Of a DNA stretch of 64,000 bases, positions 19,342-28,000 are shown in pieces (position 1 is the first letter of the stretch; the number at the start of each line of letters is the position of its first letter). This stretch comes from Alphaproteobacteria bacterium (GTDB lineage Bacteria; Pseudomonadota; Alphaproteobacteria; CALKHQ01): positions 1,568,001 through 1,632,000 of the forward strand of contig CBDDFZ010000001.1 of NCBI GenBank assembly GCA_965227515.1. The letters are read 5' to 3'. The notes beneath the pieces are model-generated. The model ran no database searches, was not told where the DNA came from, and saw nothing but the letters and a program-made list of their open reading frames with translations. The translations under genes and the position numbers were made by a program.

Positions 19342-20142
19342 TCAGTCCCCGTCCGGGCCGCGCGCTGCCACGGCCTGCTCCAGCGGCGCGAGGTGGACGT
19401 CGACCGCGTGCTCGATCTTGGCGCGGTCGCGTGTGCGCAGCGCGGCCAGCGTTTCCTCGTGCAGTGCGATCACGCTGTCCACGTCCTCGATGTCCTTGAA
19501 GTACTCTCCCATCCGCAGGAACAACTGCTCCAGGATCTGGTGCTGGTAGAGCGCCAGCGCCCGGCTGCGGGCCGCGCGGCCGATGTTGTAGTGGAACAGG
19601 TGATCGTGGCGGATGCGCGCCTCCAGGCCCTCGCGGCGGTGGTCGCGCAGCGCGGTGACGCAGCTCTCCAGCAGCGCGAAGTCGCTGTCGGTGGCGCGCT
19701 CCGCGGCCAGGATCGCCAGGCTGGTCTCCACCGGTCGCCGGGCCTCCACGATGTCCATCACGCTGAGGTGCGCCGCCTGGGTGCTCAACGCCATCACGTC
19801 GGCCGGGATGTCGTTGGTCAGCACCGTCAGGCCGCCATTGATGCCGCGCTGCACCTGCAGCACGCCGGCACGCGACAGCACCTTCAGCGCCTCGCCGATC
19901 ACCGGCTTGCTGACCTTCATGGTCTTCGACAGCGCCTCGATGGACGGCAGCCGGTCGCCCGGTGCGAACGCACTGGCGCGCAAGGCAAAGGTGATCTGCT
20001 CGACCACCGCTTCGTGCGCGCGTGCGTTGGCGATGGGGTGGAACGCCCATTGGTCGGTATCCGGGCGCGGGGCGCCGTGACCCGCCGCAGGCCGGTCGGG
20101 CTCTGCGTCCCCGGATTCGGTGGGCACGATGGCGTTTGTCAT
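19342..20142 (-). CDS. GntR/FadR-family regulator (FCD domain)
   Basis: PGDRLPS...L....VS...I.EAL..L...G wHTH; DHLFH in the FCD domain. Confidence 0.9.
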   Translation of the reverse strand: MTNAIVPTESGDAEPDRPAAGHGAPRPDTDQWAFHPIANARAHEAVVEQITFALRASAFAPGDRLPSIEALSKTMKVSKPVIGEALKVLSRAGVLQVQRGINGGLTVLTNDIPADVMALSTQAAHLSVMDIVEARRPVETSLAILAAERATDSDFALLESCVTALRDHRREGLEARIRHDHLFHYNIGRAARSRALALYQHQILEQLFLRMGEYFKDIEDVDSVIALHEETLAALRTRDRAKIEHAVDVHLAPLEQAVAARGPDGD

Positions 20143-20390
20143 ATTCTTCAACTGCAATAGGCGGGCATGCCAAGCCGGCTGATCGGTGCGCTGACCTGGT
20201 CGCCCTAAAGCTCAAGCCTGTTGATGTTTACGGGCAGCCGGCGATTCCTGTCAACGCGACGGCTGGGCACATCTTGGCGCACCGGCCCGCGGTTGCTTTG
20301 ACTAAAGATAAACACCTTTTATAAAATGGCCAATCCCATGTGCGGCTGGCAAGCTCGCGTGGACGCACCCAAGGCACGACAGGGACGACC

Positions 20391-21143
20391 ATGGACATCA
20401 ACTGCGACTGCGGCGAGAGCTATGGCAACTGGCGCATGGGCGCCGACGAGGCATTGCTGCCGCTGATCACCACCGCCAACGTGGCCTGCGGGTTCCATGC
20501 CGGCGACCCGGTCACCATGCTGCGGACAGTGGAGCTGGCGGTCGAGAACGGGGTCTCGGTCGGGGCACACCCTGGGTTGCCCGACCTGATGGGCTTTGGC
20601 CGGCGCCGGATGCAGATCTCGCCGGAGGAGGCTTACGCCTATGTGGCCTATCAGGCCGGCGGGCTGGCCGGCGTGCTCAGCCGCTTCGGGCGGACGCTCA
20701 ACCACATCAAGCCGCACGGCGCGCTCTACCTGATGCTGAACGAGGACCGGGCGCTGGCCGATGCGGTGGTCAAGGCAATCGTCGATGTCTGCCCGGCGCC
20801 GAAGCTCTATTGGCCGGCCCCCATCGCCGGGCGCGCGCTGCCGGAAGCGGCCACCGAAGCCGGCATCCCCGTGGTGCGCGAGGTCTATTTCGACCTGCAG
20901 TACGACCGCGACGCCAACCTGGTGCTGCAACGCCAGAAGGGCGCGGTCGATATCGCCGACCTGCGGCGGCGGCTGGAGACCTATTTGTCGACGGGCGAGA
21001 TCGTCGCGACAACCGGCGAGCGACTGAAGCTGGAGGCGGAGAGCATTTGCGTCCACGGCGACGGCCCCAACGCGGCCGAGATCGCCAGCACCGTCCGCGA
21101 CGTGCTTGCGGCGCGGGATGCGCCGGTGGCGGCCGCCGGCTGA
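20391..21143 (+). CDS. pxpA: 5-oxoprolinase subunit A / LamB-YcsF family
   Basis: DINCDCGES, ANVACGFHAGDP, GAHP, HIKPHGALY, SICVHGD. Confidence 0.9.
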   Translation: MDINCDCGESYGNWRMGADEALLPLITTANVACGFHAGDPVTMLRTVELAVENGVSVGAHPGLPDLMGFGRRRMQISPEEAYAYVAYQAGGLAGVLSRFGRTLNHIKPHGALYLMLNEDRALADAVVKAIVDVCPAPKLYWPAPIAGRALPEAATEAGIPVVREVYFDLQYDRDANLVLQRQKGAVDIADLRRRLETYLSTGEIVATTGERLKLEAESICVHGDGPNAAEIASTVRDVLAARDAPVAAAG

Positions 21144-21166
21144 GACCACTGATCGGAACGCCCGCT

Positions 21167-22036
21167 ATGCAATATGACGAGCCCAGGATTCTGCCCGCCG
21201 GCGACCGGTTCGTGCTGGTCGAGTTCGGCAACGAGACTAACCTGGCGCTGAATTTCAAGGCGCAGGGGCTGGCCGCGATGATCGCTGACGGCGCCATCGA
21301 GGGCGTGGTCGAGACCGCGCCGGCCTTCGCCTCGCTGCTGGTCCACTACGACCCGGAGACGATCAGCTACAACAACCTTTCCGACGGGCTGATCGAGGCG
21401 TCTGGCGAGCTCAGCGCCGGCGAGGACCTGGTGCTCGACAGCCGCCTGTTCTACCTGCCGACCATGTATCTGGACCCGTGGAGCAACGAGGCGATCGACC
21501 GTTACATCCGCGACATCGCGCCGAAGCAGCGCGACGCGGAGATGATCGTCGAGCAGAACGGGCTGGAGGACACCGACCAGCTGGTGCGGGTGCACTCGGG
21601 GTCGGAATACTGGGTCTCGGCCATCGGCTGGTGGCCGGGGGTGCCGTTCATGATGGCGCTGGACCCGCGCTGCCGCATGGCGGTGCCGAAGTACAATCCG
21701 CCGCGGCTCTACACCAAGAAAGGCACGGTGGGCCTGGGCGGCTCCAACACCGGTATCTACCCGGAGGACCTGCCCGGCGGCATCCAGATCTTCGCGCGCA
21801 CGCCGGTGCCGATCTGGGACCGGGCGCAACGCTTCGACGTGTTCCGGGACTCGATCTGCCTGCTCCGGCCCGGCGACCGGATCAAGTTCGTGCCCTGCGG
21901 CCTGGAGGAGTTCGAGGCGGTCGAGCGCCAGGTCGACGAGGGCACCTACACCTTCAACGTGATCGAGTACCAGAAGTTCTCGGTGCCCGACTACAACCGC
22001 TGGCTCGACGACCTGGACACCAGCGTGCGTTTCTAG
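21167..22036 (+). CDS. PxpB / allophanate hydrolase subunit 1-like carboxyltransferase-domain protein
   Basis: AGDRFVLVEFG, SLLVHYDP, PKYNPPR, GIYP...PGG.QIF.RTP, LRPGDRIKF. Confidence 0.85.
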   Translation: MQYDEPRILPAGDRFVLVEFGNETNLALNFKAQGLAAMIADGAIEGVVETAPAFASLLVHYDPETISYNNLSDGLIEASGELSAGEDLVLDSRLFYLPTMYLDPWSNEAIDRYIRDIAPKQRDAEMIVEQNGLEDTDQLVRVHSGSEYWVSAIGWWPGVPFMMALDPRCRMAVPKYNPPRLYTKKGTVGLGGSNTGIYPEDLPGGIQIFARTPVPIWDRAQRFDVFRDSICLLRPGDRIKFVPCGLEEFEAVERQVDEGTYTFNVIEYQKFSVPDYNRWLDDLDTSVRF

Positions 22037-22117
22037 GTGCTACACGTCCGAACCCAAATACCGGGCGAGCAGGCAGGGTGGGCGCGGCGCCTATTTGCGA
22101 GTCCAAAGAAAGAGATT

Positions 22118-22136
22118 TGGCGCACCCGGGAGGATT
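22118..22136 (-). repeat. att-like copy of the tRNA-Arg 3' end
   Basis: TGGCGCACCCGGGAGGATT versus TGGCGCACCCGGCAGGATT at 24221-24239 (18/19). Confidence 0.8.
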
Positions 22137-22305
22137 TGGTTCGAACATCCTATTCCAGACGCTGGAGGAATGGAGCAGGCTGCTGGAGGACAATTCGCTG
22201 TCAAATTCTATGGATTATGACTAGAGGGACGGTTGAGGCCCACTGAGGCGCACAACCGGTTCATATGGGCCGGGTTTGCATGGGGGCTGAGATCAAGTCG
22301 TTCCG

Positions 22306-22338
22306 CAAGATGTGTGTTGTACTACAACACACATCTTG
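22306..22338. other. Perfect 16-bp inverted repeat, oriT-like
   Basis: CAAGATGTGTGTTGTA-C-TACAACACACATCTTG. Confidence 0.55.
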
Positions 22339-22546
22339 GCAAAGGGGCGTGCCGCCCCCGTTGCATCCCTCCTGCCGGATGGCGCTACGCGCCAATGGAA
22401 CGTCCGGCGGTTCTATCACCACTCGGGGAATGTCCCCCGACACCCCATTCAAGCTCTATTGAGCGAGCCACGCCTCTCCTGCTGGACCTCGACGCCAGAT
22501 ATCATATACTCAAGTGGACTCAAATCGCGAAACTTGGTTATTTGGA

Positions 22547-23029
22547 ATGTCTACGGGAAAATGGAAAGAAGCAGGCGTACCTCATAAAGACTGGACCAAT
22601 ATCGACATGGAGGACCTGGGGTCGCCAGTCGAAATATGCGAGATGTGCGAGGTTCGAGAGATTCGGTATGTCCACATCATGCAGCATGACAACTATCCAG
22701 AGGTACTTCGAGTTGGTTGTGTGTGTGCCGGCCATATGGAAGAAAACAAGGTGGGCGCACGCAACAGAGAGCATTCATTTAAGAATTTCCGCAAGCGTCG
22801 CCAAAATTGGCCGAAGCGTAAGGCGTGGAAAATCTCGACAAAAGGTAATCCGACAATAACCTCTGAGGGGTATCGAATTACTGTTTTTGAAAGAAGCAAC
22901 AGCTCGTGGTCTGGGGTAATCGAGAATCTTTCCACTGGTCAGAAGACCTGGGCCAGGAAGCGCTACAGGACCGAGGTTGAGGCAAAGCTGGCTGCATTCG
23001 ATGGGATGGTGTGGTTGATGAGCCACTAG
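22547..23029 (+). CDS. Hypothetical basic Cys-motif (CEMC..VGCVC) protein
   Basis: Clean low-GC ORF with putative Zn-binding motifs. Confidence 0.7.
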   Translation: MSTGKWKEAGVPHKDWTNIDMEDLGSPVEICEMCEVREIRYVHIMQHDNYPEVLRVGCVCAGHMEENKVGARNREHSFKNFRKRRQNWPKRKAWKISTKGNPTITSEGYRITVFERSNSSWSGVIENLSTGQKTWARKRYRTEVEAKLAAFDGMVWLMSH

Positions 23030-23040
23030 GGGATATATCC

Positions 23041-23871
23041 ATGGAAACGAAAGATCAGTGGTCAGATTCGGAAGGTATAGAGTTCTTTTGCAGACATTTG
23101 ATTGCCCTGTGCATCACTTATAAAATCATTGATGAAGATGATGTTCAGGAAACAAATCTACGATTCTCTGCATATGCGGGGACCCTAATTCGCATCGAAG
23201 GCGCCTACTACTATCTCACGTCGGGCCACATTCTCCGGGAGATTGAGGCAGCGCTGGCAAGCGATGCAGTCAACATAGAAAACACACGACTAGCGGACAC
23301 GCTCGGATATAGGCGCATCAGCGATAACCCCATACCGATTGACCTTTCTAGCACTCCGCGTTTCTATGTAGATGACGATGAGCTTGGGCTCGATTACGGA
23401 TTGATGGCCATCCATCCTCATCATATTCGGCTGCTGGCAGCAAACAATGTCGTTGCTCTTGAGGAGGTAAATTGGGCTCATCAATCGGAGTTAACATTCG
23501 ACGCCTATATCATGCTTGGACTGCCTCAGGAATTTACATCTGAATTCGTATCGGAGTCTGGAGCAGGTACTGTTTCCCCGACGATGTTCAGAGTTCACAA
23601 AGTCGACCCGAATTCGGAAGAGCACACGAAAACCCACTTCCCACGGTTTGTCGGAAGGATCGACCCTGAACTTGAGCTAAAGAGCATAAAAGGAATGAGC
23701 GGCGGACCGATCTTTGGGTTCAAGATTGATAAGGAGACACGATATTGGGTGGTTGCGTTGCAAAGCTCTTGGAACAAACGAACGCGTGCAGTTTACGGTT
23801 GCCTCCTCCCTGTGCTTGCAGAGCATATCGCCTCGCTCCAAAGCCGGGTCGAGGATCGGACAGAATCTTAG
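23041..23871 (+). CDS. Trypsin-like serine protease
   Basis: LTSGH (His), LDYGL (Asp), GMSGGPIF (Ser) triad; no signal peptide. Confidence 0.75.
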   Translation: METKDQWSDSEGIEFFCRHLIALCITYKIIDEDDVQETNLRFSAYAGTLIRIEGAYYYLTSGHILREIEAALASDAVNIENTRLADTLGYRRISDNPIPIDLSSTPRFYVDDDELGLDYGLMAIHPHHIRLLAANNVVALEEVNWAHQSELTFDAYIMLGLPQEFTSEFVSESGAGTVSPTMFRVHKVDPNSEEHTKTHFPRFVGRIDPELELKSIKGMSGGPIFGFKIDKETRYWVVALQSSWNKRTRAVYGCLLPVLAEHIASLQSRVEDRTES

Positions 23872-24220
23872 TTCCACCAACTATCAATTGACCAAGGGGC
23901 TTCGCCCCTCTCGCGCGCAAGGCATCCAAACGTCTCCCCGCTTTGCGGGGCCCCTCGTTCGGAGCGTCCTTGCGCTTGCTACCCTCACTCTCGGCGAGGG
24001 CCAATGGTTGCTGGCGCAACCCGTATGTGGAGTTAGAACCGCTTCAGCTGTTATGCCAAGCCATTGAAATGGCTAGCGGGGTCGGGCGCGCACAATCTGT
24101 CGATGATGACGCATCAAGCGGCACCAGACCAGAGCGATGAAGGAAATTTCGAACCGATTAGAACCAGATTTCTAATGGCAATTCAATATGTTGAGTGGAA
24201 AACTGCATAGAAAAGCAGGA

Positions 24221-24297
24221 TGGCGCACCCGGCAGGATTCGAACCTGCGGCCTCTGCCTTCGGAGGGCAGCACTCTATCCAGCTGAGCTACGGGTGC
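24221..24297 (-). tRNA. tRNA-Arg (CCG)
   Basis: Reverse complement GCACCCGTAGCTCAGCTGGATAGAGTGCTGCCCTCCGAAGGCAGAGGCCGCAGGTTCGAATCCTGCCGGGTGCGCCA. Confidence 0.97.
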
Positions 24298-24513
24298 GCA
24301 TGCGCCGTGCAATCGTGCACGCTCGCGCCGCACATGTAGCTTGCGGGGGCGCGGGGCGTCAAGTCGGGGCGATCCGTTGCGCCGCAAACCAGGCTCCACA
24401 AATGCGAACACCGGCCGTCCCGCGGCGGCCGGTGCTCTTCCAGGGTTCGATTGGGAGCAGGGAGGGGATGACGGGAGGATCGATCCCTGGTGTCGGGTTG
24501 ATCGGTCGGCCTG

Positions 24514-24690
24514 CTAGAAGCCGAGGTTGGCGCTGGGCCGGTAGTAGACCCCGCTGTTGCCGATCTCCGTGCTCGGCATATAGACGCCAAGCGACCCGTT
24601 GACCGGCAGGTCGGCCACTGGCTTCGCAGACTGGCAACCGGCCAGCGCGGCAGCAGCGGCAAGAATCACACTCAGAACCATCGCACGCAT
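24514..24690 (-). CDS. Small lipoprotein
   Basis: AGGAGG RBS, lipobox ALAG-C, 58 aa. Confidence 0.65.
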   Translation of the reverse strand: MRAMVLSVILAAAAALAGCQSAKPVADLPVNGSLGVYMPSTEIGNSGVYYRPSANLGF

Positions 24691-24909
24691 GTTTCTTCCT
24701 CCTGTTGAAGGTCGCCGCCTCGCCCGTCCGCGGCCAGCCGGCAACATCGGGGTAGTCGCGCGACCGATGCGCCGGGTTCAAAAAAAGTGTCGCCCCAGGG
24801 GGTCATGGCCGTGGGTGAGGCGAGGCGGCCATTGGCGCGGTCCACTTTTTCGGCAAGATTGTGTGGTCCAGTGGCGAGGTGGGCTGGAGCCAATGCAAAA
24901 GGGGTGAAC

Positions 24910-25662
24910 ATGATGGATCTTGAACCGAGCCTGTCGACGTCGAGCCTGATATGCGCGTTGTTCTCCAGCGCGGCCGGTTGCCCCGACGGCCCGGCCCTGG
25001 ACGAGGCGATGCCCGAGATCGTGGAAGTGGGCGCCTACACCATCGAGTTGCAGGCGCGCCAGCAGCACGACATGGCGGTCCTCGACCAGGCTCTGGCCGT
25101 GATCATGGACCGGCTGGACGACGATGCCGGCACCCGCGGGATCACCGGCACCGTCAACGCCGACGGCACGCTGGTGCTGGAAATCGAGGCCGCGATGGAC
25201 GTGGACATGGTGGTGGACCTGGCGACCGCCACCGGCGCGGTGGACCTTTATGTGGTGGATGCCGACCGCACGGCGACCGGCGAGATCGGGCCGGGCTATG
25301 GCATATATGGCGACCGTGACGGCAACGAGTACGTGGTGGTCTGGGAGCCGTTGTTGCCGGCGGGCGCGTTCGAGGATGCGTACGTGCAACAACAGGACCA
25401 CGGGCCGGTCATCACGTTCCGACTTACCGACGAGGCCGGGCAGATCTTTGCGGACTTCACCGCCGAACACATCGGCGAGGCCATTGCGGTGGTGCTGGAT
25501 GGCGTGGTGCTGATGGCGCCCGTGGTGCAGTCGCCGATCACTGGCGGGTCCGGCCTCATCACCGGCAACTTCTCGGTCAGCGAATTGGAGACGATTGCCA
25601 CCATCCTGCGCTCCGGCCCGCTGCCCGACGGCATGTCGCTGGAATTCACAGCGATCCGCTGA
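24910..25662 (+). CDS. SecDF P1 head-domain protein (no SecD TM domain)
   Basis: FADFTAEHIGEAIAVVLDGVVLMAPVVQSPITGG...ITGNFS..E...IA..LRSGPLP matches the SecD periplasmic segment. Confidence 0.75.
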   Translation: MMDLEPSLSTSSLICALFSSAAGCPDGPALDEAMPEIVEVGAYTIELQARQQHDMAVLDQALAVIMDRLDDDAGTRGITGTVNADGTLVLEIEAAMDVDMVVDLATATGAVDLYVVDADRTATGEIGPGYGIYGDRDGNEYVVVWEPLLPAGAFEDAYVQQQDHGPVITFRLTDEAGQIFADFTAEHIGEAIAVVLDGVVLMAPVVQSPITGGSGLITGNFSVSELETIATILRSGPLPDGMSLEFTAIR

Positions 25663-25673
25663 GGGCAAGATTT

Positions 25674-26177
25674 TTGCAGGAGCGCGCGCGGTACCGGCCG
25701 GCCACCATTGCCGATCTGGAGCGGCACGGACCGGCGCTGGAGGCGCTCTACGACCGCTCGGCGCGCGCACTGCACGCCTCTCACTACTCCACGGCGCAGA
25801 TCGCGGGCATGGTACCGGAACTGGTGCGGATCAACCGGCAGCGCATTCCCGCCGGCCACCACATGCTGGCGCTGGTGGAGGACGATGTGGCCGGCATCGC
25901 CTGCTGGGTGCCCGGCGACTTTCACGGCGCAAGCGCGCGTATCGGCACGCTCTATGTCCTGCCCGAATACAGCGGCCGGGGCATCGGCAGCGACCTCGTC
26001 CGGCGCACGCTCGACGATGCCGCGGCGGCCGGTCATCCGCGCCTGGGCGTCAACGCGTCGCTGAACGCGGTCGACTTCTATGCGCGCTTCGGCTTCGTGC
26101 CGGTCGGCGAGTTGCAGATCCCGCTCGCTGACGGCCTCACGTTTCCGTGCATCGAAATGGTGCAGCCCGCGCCTTGA
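25674..26177 (+). CDS. GNAT N-acetyltransferase
   Basis: LYVLPEYSGRGIG, ASLNAVDFYARFGF. Confidence 0.85.
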   Translation: MQERARYRPATIADLERHGPALEALYDRSARALHASHYSTAQIAGMVPELVRINRQRIPAGHHMLALVEDDVAGIACWVPGDFHGASARIGTLYVLPEYSGRGIGSDLVRRTLDDAAAAGHPRLGVNASLNAVDFYARFGFVPVGELQIPLADGLTFPCIEMVQPAP

Positions 26178-26246
26178 ACGAGGCTGGCCTGGGGCCGATC
26201 TATGTACAACGACGGATTGCGTCACCCACAGGCCAAGGATCGAGAC

Positions 26247-26861
26247 ATGCCGCAACGCACCCGCCGCGCCCTGCTGGCGGCCACGCCGGCGCTGTTGCTG
26301 CCGACGCTGGCGCATGCCCTGCCACTGACCCCGCGCGCAACCGAAGGGCCGTTCTACCCGGTCGCCCTGCCCGAGGATCATGACGCCGACCTGATCCGCG
26401 ACGAGGCGGGGGTCCGTCAGGCCGGCGGCGAGGTGCTGCACATCGTCGGTCGGCTGGTGACCGCGGGCGAGCAGCCGTTGCCGCGCGGTATCGTCGAGAT
26501 CTGGCAGTGCGACATGGCCGGCGTCTATCTGCACCCCGGCAGCCCGGGCAGTTTCAACCCGGCCTTCCAAGGCTTCGGGCAGGTGGTAACCGATGCCGAC
26601 GGGGCCTTCTTCTTCCGCACGCTGTTGCCGGTGCCCTACACCGGCCGCACGCCGCACATTCACCTGAAGGCCTATGTGGACGGCAGCGACGTGCTGACCA
26701 CCCAGTTCTATCTGGCCGACCACCCGCAGAACGCGGGCGACAGGCTGTTCAACCGGATGTCGGCGGACGAGCAGGCGCGCCAGTCCATGGTGCTGACCGC
26801 ACGGCCCGACCGCACGTCCGGCACATACGTGACCCAGATCGACGTGGTGGTTCCGGGCTGA
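26247..26861 (+). CDS. Exported intradiol ring-cleavage dioxygenase-family protein
   Basis: TRRALL Tat-like signal; TEGPFYP, EIWQCD..G.Y, PYTGRTPHIH. Confidence 0.88.
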   Translation: MPQRTRRALLAATPALLLPTLAHALPLTPRATEGPFYPVALPEDHDADLIRDEAGVRQAGGEVLHIVGRLVTAGEQPLPRGIVEIWQCDMAGVYLHPGSPGSFNPAFQGFGQVVTDADGAFFFRTLLPVPYTGRTPHIHLKAYVDGSDVLTTQFYLADHPQNAGDRLFNRMSADEQARQSMVLTARPDRTSGTYVTQIDVVVPG

Positions 26862-27075
26862 GCGGCGTCTCGATCCCGGGCGGTGTCCGCATATCGTTCG
26901 GCGGCACGGCCATGTTTGCGCCCATTTTGCGCCCCAATTTCGCGCCAATCGCCGCAAATTGTGCGGTACGGGGAATTTTCAGTGCAATGAAGCATCCATC
27001 CATGGGCCTTCGGACGGGTTTGGGTGCTGGCATCAGCGGCGGGCGGCATGCCGGCCCGGCGCAACAGGAGTTGCC

Positions 27076-27837
27076 ATGACCATAATCGCGCGTATGGCGG
27101 TTGCGGCCGGCGGACTGGCCATTGCAGCCGCTTCGTCCGGGGCCGCCCAGGCTGACACCGTCTACAGCCGTTACGAGCTGCTGCTGGGCGGCACGCCGGC
27201 GGCAAAGCTGGAAACCGAGATCACGATCAATGGCGGCGACTATCGCGTCGCCGCGCAGGCCGAACTGACAGGCGGCTACGCCGTCATGGCGGACTGGGAC
27301 CTGACGGTGCGCACCGTTGGTCTCGTGCAGGGCGAATCCTTGCTGCCGCTGGACCACTACAAGGTTTCCGACGGCGGGGACCGGTGGGTGCAGATCAACT
27401 ATGCCGATGGCCTGGTGACCAATCTGGACTACCGCCCGTCGTCGCTGACCGTCGACGTTCAGGGCCTGTCGCAGGAGACGATCGACACCGCCATCGACCC
27501 GTTGACCGCCATCGCGATGCTGTCGCGGCAGGTGGGCGAGACCGGCAATTGCAGCGCCACGGCCTGGATTTTCGATGGCCGCAAGTATTTCGAGGCGACC
27601 GTCACCCACGGCGGACAGACCACGCCGCCGGCCGGCGACTACAGTGGCAGCGCCTACCGGTGCGTCCTTCAACTGGACGACGCTTCGCCCTATGGCCGGG
27701 TCGACGACGATCCCAACCGTTTCGACCTCTGGATCGCCCAGCCGGTGGCGGGCGCGCCCTACGTGCCAGTGGTGATCGACACCCGTGTCGGCTGGGGTTC
27801 GGTGCGGGTCGTGCTGCTGAACGCGCGTTCGAGCTGA
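27076..27837 (+). CDS. DUF3108-domain exported protein
   Basis: Signal peptide; AIDPLTA..C...IFDGRKYF; VPV.IDTRVGWG; paralog of 31..822. Confidence 0.72.
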   Translation: MTIIARMAVAAGGLAIAAASSGAAQADTVYSRYELLLGGTPAAKLETEITINGGDYRVAAQAELTGGYAVMADWDLTVRTVGLVQGESLLPLDHYKVSDGGDRWVQINYADGLVTNLDYRPSSLTVDVQGLSQETIDTAIDPLTAIAMLSRQVGETGNCSATAWIFDGRKYFEATVTHGGQTTPPAGDYSGSAYRCVLQLDDASPYGRVDDDPNRFDLWIAQPVAGAPYVPVVIDTRVGWGSVRVVLLNARSS

Positions 27838-28000
27838 TGTGAGATCAGGTCGGCCGCGGCAGACCAACATCGGGGCTTGAGGAGGTGTAGATGGGCTAAC
27901 GGCCCTTGTTTGGTGGCGTGCATGAGTGGTCGTCCCTCAAGATGTCGGTGTCATACACGGAGTCGGGTTTGCCGCTCCAAGACATCGAGGAGAGACGACC

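Larger units (their letters stand above)
22118..24239. mobile_element. Degenerate low-GC islet integrated at tRNA-Arg(CCG)
   Basis: Flanking tRNA 3' direct repeat, abrupt GC drop, no intact integrase. Confidence 0.75.

Noticed and set aside
31-27837. Two DUF3108 genes as the boundaries of a duplication or island
   Set aside because: The proteins are highly diverged paralogs, with no nucleotide-level repeat seen
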